The position numbers and the translations under genes were made by a program. DNA of 53,320 bases, the filler included, from Circinaria calcarea (Eukaryota): the NCBI GenBank assembly GCA_051942165.1. It is 4 parts of 4 records of this genome, joined end to end, with 100 filler letters (N's around TTAATTAATTAA, not from the genome) between each part and the next. Parts side by side here need not be neighbours in the genome. Positions count along the whole stretch, not along the records: positions 40,099 to 53,320 come from JAVECS010000519.1; 3 more parts are not named here. One strand, 5' to 3'. A model generated the notes under the pieces. The model worked only from the letters and a program-made list of their open reading frames with translations, had not been told where the DNA came from and did no database searches. Below, piece by piece: positions 46,955 to 53,320 of the stretch (position 1 is the first letter of the stretch; every line of letters starts with the position of its first letter).

Positions 46955-49361
46955 CTATCCATCACCCGCCGACACCGGCCCATTCCGTAGCCACCCTTGG
47001 CTCTCTTCTGCTGGCGAACTAATGCTATTGAATAACACATATGGAAAGGTGCGCGCCTGGCGAGTGACGCTTCGTAGAACTTGATCTTGCTCCCAGAGTT
47101 TGCGTTGGATTTGGTGTATAGAGAAATCTTGTGAATGAGCGGAGTTGTTGAGGCCAGCTATTATATTGAGGGGCAATGTCATCACTCCTGAGGAGGACCT
47201 GAAACTGGCGGTCATAAGGGATTTAGGACCCTGAGGGTTAATGAAGCCAAGTTCGGCATCGGCCCGGTTTAACACATCAGCAGCCTCTTCTGGTAGAGCG
47301 ACTTTCCATTGCCGGGCGAGTACGTTAAGAATGTGAAGCGCTCTGCGAGCGCAAAGCCAGCTCTCAGCAATGTCTTCAAGGTGTCTTACACCCTGTATGA
47401 TGTTCACTCGAGCACTCTCCTCGGGGAGAGTCAGTAAATGTATGGTGCATGCTGAGTGAGCTATGTACACGGCAATATCGCATATTCGCCGTAATCCGTA
47501 ATTCCGCTTGTATAAGCGTAGTAATTGGGATATCGCGGCAGCTGCATGTATACATATTTTCCGGGGTGAAATATCAGCTGGTAAGAGCGACTGGCTGTAT
47601 CTGAGAAAAGGTCGGAATAAGTGGATGAAGAGTAATTGAAAGAACATGCTGGCAGTAGATTAGCAGATTTATAATCCATAACACCTTCCACAGATACTTA
47701 CTGCATTATTAAGGCTGGCGGTAACTGACCATCCTCGGCTTCCATCTCCTTTGGTAGGTTTTTCCGCCATGCCTCTAATCTAGTATGCAACTCGCTAAGT
47801 TTCCTCAGATCTGCCTTTTTTTCCAGCAGTTTTTCAAGATACATTGGATGATAAAAACAGATTAATAAGTCACTGCTAATTTCACATAAATGTGATATTT
47901 GGAGAGCTAGAGCACGAGTCCTGGAAGGTTGACGATTTTTCTGGCTAAACCCGGTATCAATGTACGGAGCCCAGATTTCGGCATCCTCCATTGGAAAGAC
48001 GTTATATTTTGGCACTGTAATATTGGCCAGAGGTAATTGGGGTAGACGGCCAAGATAATTCGACCAGCATCTACTACCTGTCAGCAAACTGAATCAAGGA
48101 CAGGAAAGATGCGACGTACTTATCGAATAAAAAGCAACCCCAGAATGTGATCCTCCTAGCATCAACTTCTAATGCGTCCAAACCAATATTTGCGGAATCA
48201 ATTTCAAGCCCGAGGTCACTAGCCATCCTGAAGCTCATACCACTATATACCCAACCTTTGGCTTCTCGGCCACATCCTGCTTCGCGAAGAGACATCAAAG
48301 CAAGTGCTTGAATAGTACTCAGTCGTGGATTTTCATGCTCATCGTTCTCAAATATCAAACGCTTGGCTTCCTTGAAAAAGTGATCACCCGCGGTTGTAGA
48401 GTCTTGAGGGTCGGCCCTTGCTTCTGGCCAGGATGTGAAATGGCACCCCAATGCCAGAATTGCATTAACCAGTAACGGTGTGCAATGCTCCATCTTCCGT
48501 GCCGTGTTAGGTGGCGGTTCCCCAAGGCAGAAATCACGGTAGAAGAGGAATCTAGATACGGTAGTAAAACAGGCATAATGCCAGGTAAAGTACATGTTGA
48601 TCAGGTGAATTACCAGCCGGGGGTCTTTGGTTACGGTTGTCCATGACGTGTACGGATCCCTTTGTTGCTGATACTGATCTATGTTATTCATCGAGGCTTG
48701 CACGCCTTCGTCCTTTAAACCCGGCCCGAGAAAGATCAAGTTGGAGGTACCACCGATGGACTGAAGGGTGCCATTATTCAACCGTAGTTCGCCCATCTTG
48801 GCGGATAGTTCTGTTTCGAATTTGGAAACTTCTACGGCCAATCCGTTCCCGTTTAACGGTGATCTCACTTTGTCTTCATCCTTATCTATTGCCACATCTC
48901 TCGCCATTATCGATTCGGCAACATCGTCAAGATTCTCACACATTCTTATCAGCTTTATCAAACCGGGGATTTCGTTTTCGGGAGAAACTTGAATAGCTTG
49001 AATCAAGGTTTGCAGAATGGAATTCCGTGTCTTGAGGTTATCGATATTCTTCTCATAAACCCCTTTGCGGCGACGGTCCGAGTTCGGGTCATAAATACAT
49101 TCGGTTTTATAGACTGATACGCAAGCTGCGCAACTCGGTAGGTTATTATCACACTGGAGACGGTAGGGACGTCAGCACGAGAGCCTCGGAAAGAGGCGCG
49201 ATCGAGATTCGACGAACCCTTGACTTTCTCCGCCGGCACGCCATACATGCAGTATTCACGCATCTCCTCTTGGCAGCGAGAACATCCTTGCCTCGACAGT
49301 CACCCGTGTGGTTGCTGGCCGGACTGCCCTTAAGCTTGGTGGCAATGTTTTCGTCCTCCAT
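46955..49361 (-). CDS. nirA: NirA/NIT-4-family Zn(II)2Cys6 transcription factor (4 exons)
   Basis: Spliced zinc cluster KRRCVNTACMACRRRKSR|CDNNLPSCAACVSVYKTECIYDPNSDRRRKGVY closely matches NirA. Also IGGTSNLIFL, YFTWHY, AGDHFFKEAKRLI, REAGCGREAKGWVYSGMSFRMA, RRITFWGCFLFDK, IHLFRPFL. Orthologue versus paralogue is unresolved. Confidence 0.85.
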
Positions 49362-49906
49362 GCCTTCAGGCAATAACGCGGCCCTGAACGAGTTGTGACT
49401 GATGCCGCGGAGAAAGGTTCAGATGAAGCCAATGGTCTATGCAGGTCAAGGAGGTAAGAAAGAGTACATGCAGCTAGTGTACAGCAGAAGTGATAACCCA
49501 AAGAGTAAACGATCGAATGTTTAATAGATGCCTCACTAGGTCCTTTATATGGAAATTCTGAGCACAAACGATAGTACTCAAACTGGAGAATTCAAAACCA
49601 TCTAATTAAGTAAGGAGAGGACAGCATGATGAAAAGTCACTAAGAATATCAAATAATGCAAGTATATCCCTTACACAGTTGCTCTGGCAGCTTGAACCTT
49701 GCCCCTTTCAATTACCCAGTGTAAATCCAAGACTTGGGTATTAATTAGCGTAGTTGGGTTGGCACAGTTCAGGCTGTCAGAGCAACTCTCGTTAATAATG
49801 ATCTACGGTTAAGGTATGGTTCCTGGAAAATCTACTCCGTACTGGTTATTTTTATTGCTGTTAATATAAAACTGTTCCCGCACGCTAGCGAATCTGACTA
49901 CCCTTG

Positions 49907-50090
49907 CCAGACTAGCTACGTGAGTTGTCCCCGTGGGTGGTGGCTTAAATCCCTGGTGTTGGGCTTGCCAGATTAGCCGCGTGAGCTGTCCCTGTGGGTG
50001 GTGGCTTAAATCCCTGATGTGAGCCTTATCAGACTAGTCGCGTGAGTTGTCCCTGTGGGAGGTGGTGGCTTAAACCCCTGCTGTGGGCCT
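49907..50090. repeat. ~61-bp imperfect tandem repeat x3
   Basis: Units start at 49907, 49968 and 50029: cagaytagy.rcgtgagytgtcccygtggg(a)ggtggcttaaayccctg. Confidence 0.9.
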
Positions 50091-52566
50091 CTATATGGAC
50101 GTCAAGGATGCTCCTGGAAATTTTTGTGCATTGTTAGGAGCACGAGAGTCTTTGTGATGTTTTAGGGCCTAGAGAAGTTTGAAATCTCTCTTCCGTCGGA
50201 CAAGACACGTAAGTAATTGCGCGATACTCGACGCTGAATTCGCTAGTTACTACCTGGAGGAATTGGATGTCTTTAAAAATCTATATAGTTTTTTACGGTG
50301 TTTCCGCACTCCTTTACTTTCGGTATGGGTGGACGTGATAGGAGCAGTCAAAGTTCTTGTAACAGAGTTAGAACTTTCACCAATTAATCGATTGCGAATG
50401 AGGCTGAGAAAAGGTAGTACCCTTAGTCTTCTTTAAAAAACTGTTCCCATGAAGCCATAGTAATGTTTTGACAGCTTGCTATAATGGTGTTACTTTGTTG
50501 AAGCCGCATTTCCTGCACACGCTTATGGACTTCGTTTTCGTTGCAACCCCACACTTCCAAAAAGCTGCGAGCTTTCGATAAGCCTAAGCTACAAAGAAGA
50601 TGTTCAATAGATACTACCATTGATATGGCTCTTCCTTCTCATCGGGACAAGGAGAGCTACAAAGCAAGTTAGCTTGTTTCTCATTGACGGTAGGGATCGT
50701 TCTTACATGCGGAGTATTGCTCTTTCACCTAGAGACATGCCAATTAATGCTTCCTCTGTAGTTTAGACGTCAGTATCCGTATAACTCATGATAGATGGCC
50801 AAGACTTACCCAGAAAGGAACGCTTCTTATGACGAATCCTATGCAATAGCCATTCACCCCGCAGAAATCTTGGTTTCCGACGACTGGGATTCCCAAGTTT
50901 GCCCGCAATAAATAAGGAAGCTACATCTCCTGCCTTAAGCGGTGATAATCCGTTTCCATGAGCAAGGATTTCCAGCTTAGCGATAGGCATATTTGTAGAT
51001 ACAGTTCCACCATGCACAACTCGTCCTGTCAGATGGTAGGGAAAGGGTATATAGATGTACACTCTTTATATAGAACAGTAAATGCGGGTAGCACTTGTGC
51101 CGCTGTATCTGGTTTGGACAACCAATCTTGTATCATCCTTGAATGCACTGCAGATTTTTGTCTACCGATCGGTCTCTATATTGATGGGGATGACAGCGCC
51201 TCAATCCCAAGGATTCCATGTGATCGATACTGCATTCGTACTATATTACAATGGCGAGGTAGAACGACTAATAGAGGAAGAGGCGCAGGGGTCTTGCATT
51301 CCCTGGTCCGAGGGGCCTAGAGTGTTGTTTAGCGCGTCTGTATCTGATCCCATCTCATCTAGTCTGATTCCATCCTATCCGATCTGATCATACATGATCT
51401 TATCCTATTCTACTTCATAATGACTTCGAATAAAATATCGGTAGCGACGTTCAGTCACCTGAGAACTAGATGAGCGGGCCCAAAGGATCCCCTGTACCCT
51501 TTCCTTGGATGTTACTCTTGCCGTAGTAGCAGGTAACCAGACTCCCCGAATCACCCTTGTAATCGGATTCGGAAGAAGCGGCGGGCAGGCAACTAGCCAA
51601 AGGCCTTGGGTGCCAGAAGGGGAGCGCTCTAAGCTACCTGGCATGCTAGGAGTTATGACAAGCATCTATGCTGTAGCCGGTTGCGGCTGAGCGCTAGGAT
51701 TTTAACGCTAAAAGCGCCGGCTCTACTGTGGTTGTAGGCATATCATTTGTTAGTACGATCTGCAAATACAGGGATTTGGTCATTACACTCAAGATTATAC
51801 CCTGATATGCCAAGCCTACCAACAAATAAGCCTGCTGGGCACGTAAGGCCGGGTATGATCAGTTGCCGCCAACCAACACCTTAGGAGGAGGTCCGTGGCC
51901 TATCCTAGCTCCAACATTTAGCGTTCTCCAACAACTACAGGCCCGTGCCCCACGGCGGATTCGGGGCTTGCTCATGTTCTAGCGGCTGAAAATCTAGTTC
52001 AAAGCAATCACTCTGACAGCGTCCAACTGTACAACCCGCGCTGTCTTTCCCTTACCCTAGACTGCTCTCCAACAGGTTTCAATCATATGCTCTCATCTAG
52101 TTCGCCAAAGAACCCCTTCACCATCCCCCTTCCAACAATCCTTTGGCCCTCCTCCAGATCTCACACGTCCACCATCATCTCCCACCCAAAGCGCGACAAT
52201 GACTCCGACCAAAAGAACTCACCACGGCTGATGGGACCATGCTACAGGCGTTGGGAAGCGGCAAGGGCTTTGAAACTGCATCGATAGTACCAGCCGTAAT
52301 TGATCGCCTAAATAGGCCCACTAAATTAGTGATCCCATTTAAAGGCTGGCGGTCGCCTTGTGCAAGGACCCAAATATTGGCGAGTATTTTAGGCGTGCGG
52401 GTCCGTACTCCGTACTCAGTAAACATGCCGACCGTAGGGAGTACTCCGGATCAATCATCTTTTCGTATTCACCTAAACCGTACACACCTGGGAGCTGATC
52501 CGTGCCTTGTAGCAAAGGAACGCCATTATCATTAGGCGAACCAGTCCTCGGTCATCCTCTGAGAGG

Positions 52567-53178
52567 ACGGTAGACTTGCAGCCTCTGTTTTTCCGCTTGA
52601 CACTGGATACGACAATGGCCGTACTATTTGGCAGGTCGTTGGACAGCATACAATCACAGCGCGGCGGTGATGAGACATCCTTTGCGCAAGCTTTTGATCG
52701 AGCACAACATCAGCTCGCAAAACGAGGTCGACTCGGAGATCTGTACTGGTTACTGGACGGGATATCGTTCAGACGCTCCTGTAAGGGGGTGCATGACTTT
52801 GTTGACAAGATTGTTGCAGATGCACTTGAGGAAAGCGAGTCTCAGCCATTTGCTCGGTATTCAACCAAAAGATATGTTTTCCTCGAAGAATTGATATCAA
52901 GGACCCGAGACCCTCGGGTTCTCAGAGACCAACTTATCAACATCTTGTTAGCGGGAAGAGACACTACTGCCTGTTTACTTTCATGGACTGTGTAAGCCCA
53001 ATACTCGCAATCACCGGGCCATGGATGTAAGCTAAAAAAATACATAGCACTTTACTAGTTAAACATCAGGAAATCCAGCAACGACTACGACATGAATGTC
53101 TGGAGCTTCACAGCTTCAAGAATGGCGATCTCCCTTCAGCAGCAGAGATCAAAGGAATGAAATATCTCGAGTACGTGC
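52567..53178 (+). pseudogene. CYP52-like cytochrome P450 internal fragment
   Basis: VDLQPLFFRLTLD, FAQAFDRAQ, YVFLEEL, I-helix LRDQLINILLAGRDTTACLLSW, intron 52992-53047, then MKYLEYV. Homology stops before the ExxR motif; in-frame stop at 52510 and no recognisable N-terminal exons upstream. Confidence 0.75.
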
Positions 53179-53320
53179 CATATAAGTGGCGAAGTGACGT
53201 TCTAGAACTTATGTCGTCTCAAAGTTGTTGAAAGACTTCAATGACAAGTAACAGATCTTGCAATAACATCAAGTGTACTTACGTCTTCAATCCTAGATGC
53301 CAATGGGTTTCCAGGTAAAG

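Noticed and set aside
42074..49361. Second dioxygenase and NirA-like factor as members or regulator of the NRPS cluster
   Set aside because: They lie on a different contig; adjacency is an artefact of concatenation.
49907..50090. CRISPR-like array
   Set aside because: Contiguous tandem units without unique spacers, in a eukaryotic context with no cas genes.

Overview
Eukaryotic DNA from a filamentous ascomycete (Pezizomycotina-type short GT-AG introns with CTRAY branch points); the species cannot be determined from sequence alone. The window is four segments joined by identical 100-nt spacers (44 N + TTAATTAATTAA + 44 N). Their lengths fall monotonically (13288, 13279, 13231, 13222 nt), so they are almost certainly unrelated size-sorted contigs and adjacency across the gaps should not be interpreted. 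Segment 1 holds a conserved hypothetical gene, mitochondrial serine hydroxymethyltransferase, an F-box-like protein, a small GPI cell-wall protein and a membrane-anchored beta-propeller lectin-like protein. Segment 2, the main finding, is entirely a compact six-gene secondary-metabolite cluster: NRPS-like A-T-R reductase, 2OG-Fe(II) dioxygenase, pyrroline-5-carboxylate-reductase-like protein, Zn-dependent dehydrogenase, MFS transporter and a non-canonical transaldolase. By inference this enzyme set fits a route to a polyhydroxylated pyrrolizidine/pyrrolidine iminosugar alkaloid. Segment 3 has a TOK-type K+ channel, a single-pass membrane protein, a Ser/Thr-rich GPI protein and a head-to-head pair of unusual kinases (kinase-pseudokinase and kinase-Sel1-TPR). 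Segment 4 has a second 2OG dioxygenase, an NLR-like protein lacking a visible NB domain, a NirA-family Zn2Cys6 regulator, a 61-bp tandem repeat and a CYP52-like fragment. Exon boundaries were read by hand and family assignments come from motif recognition, not database searches.
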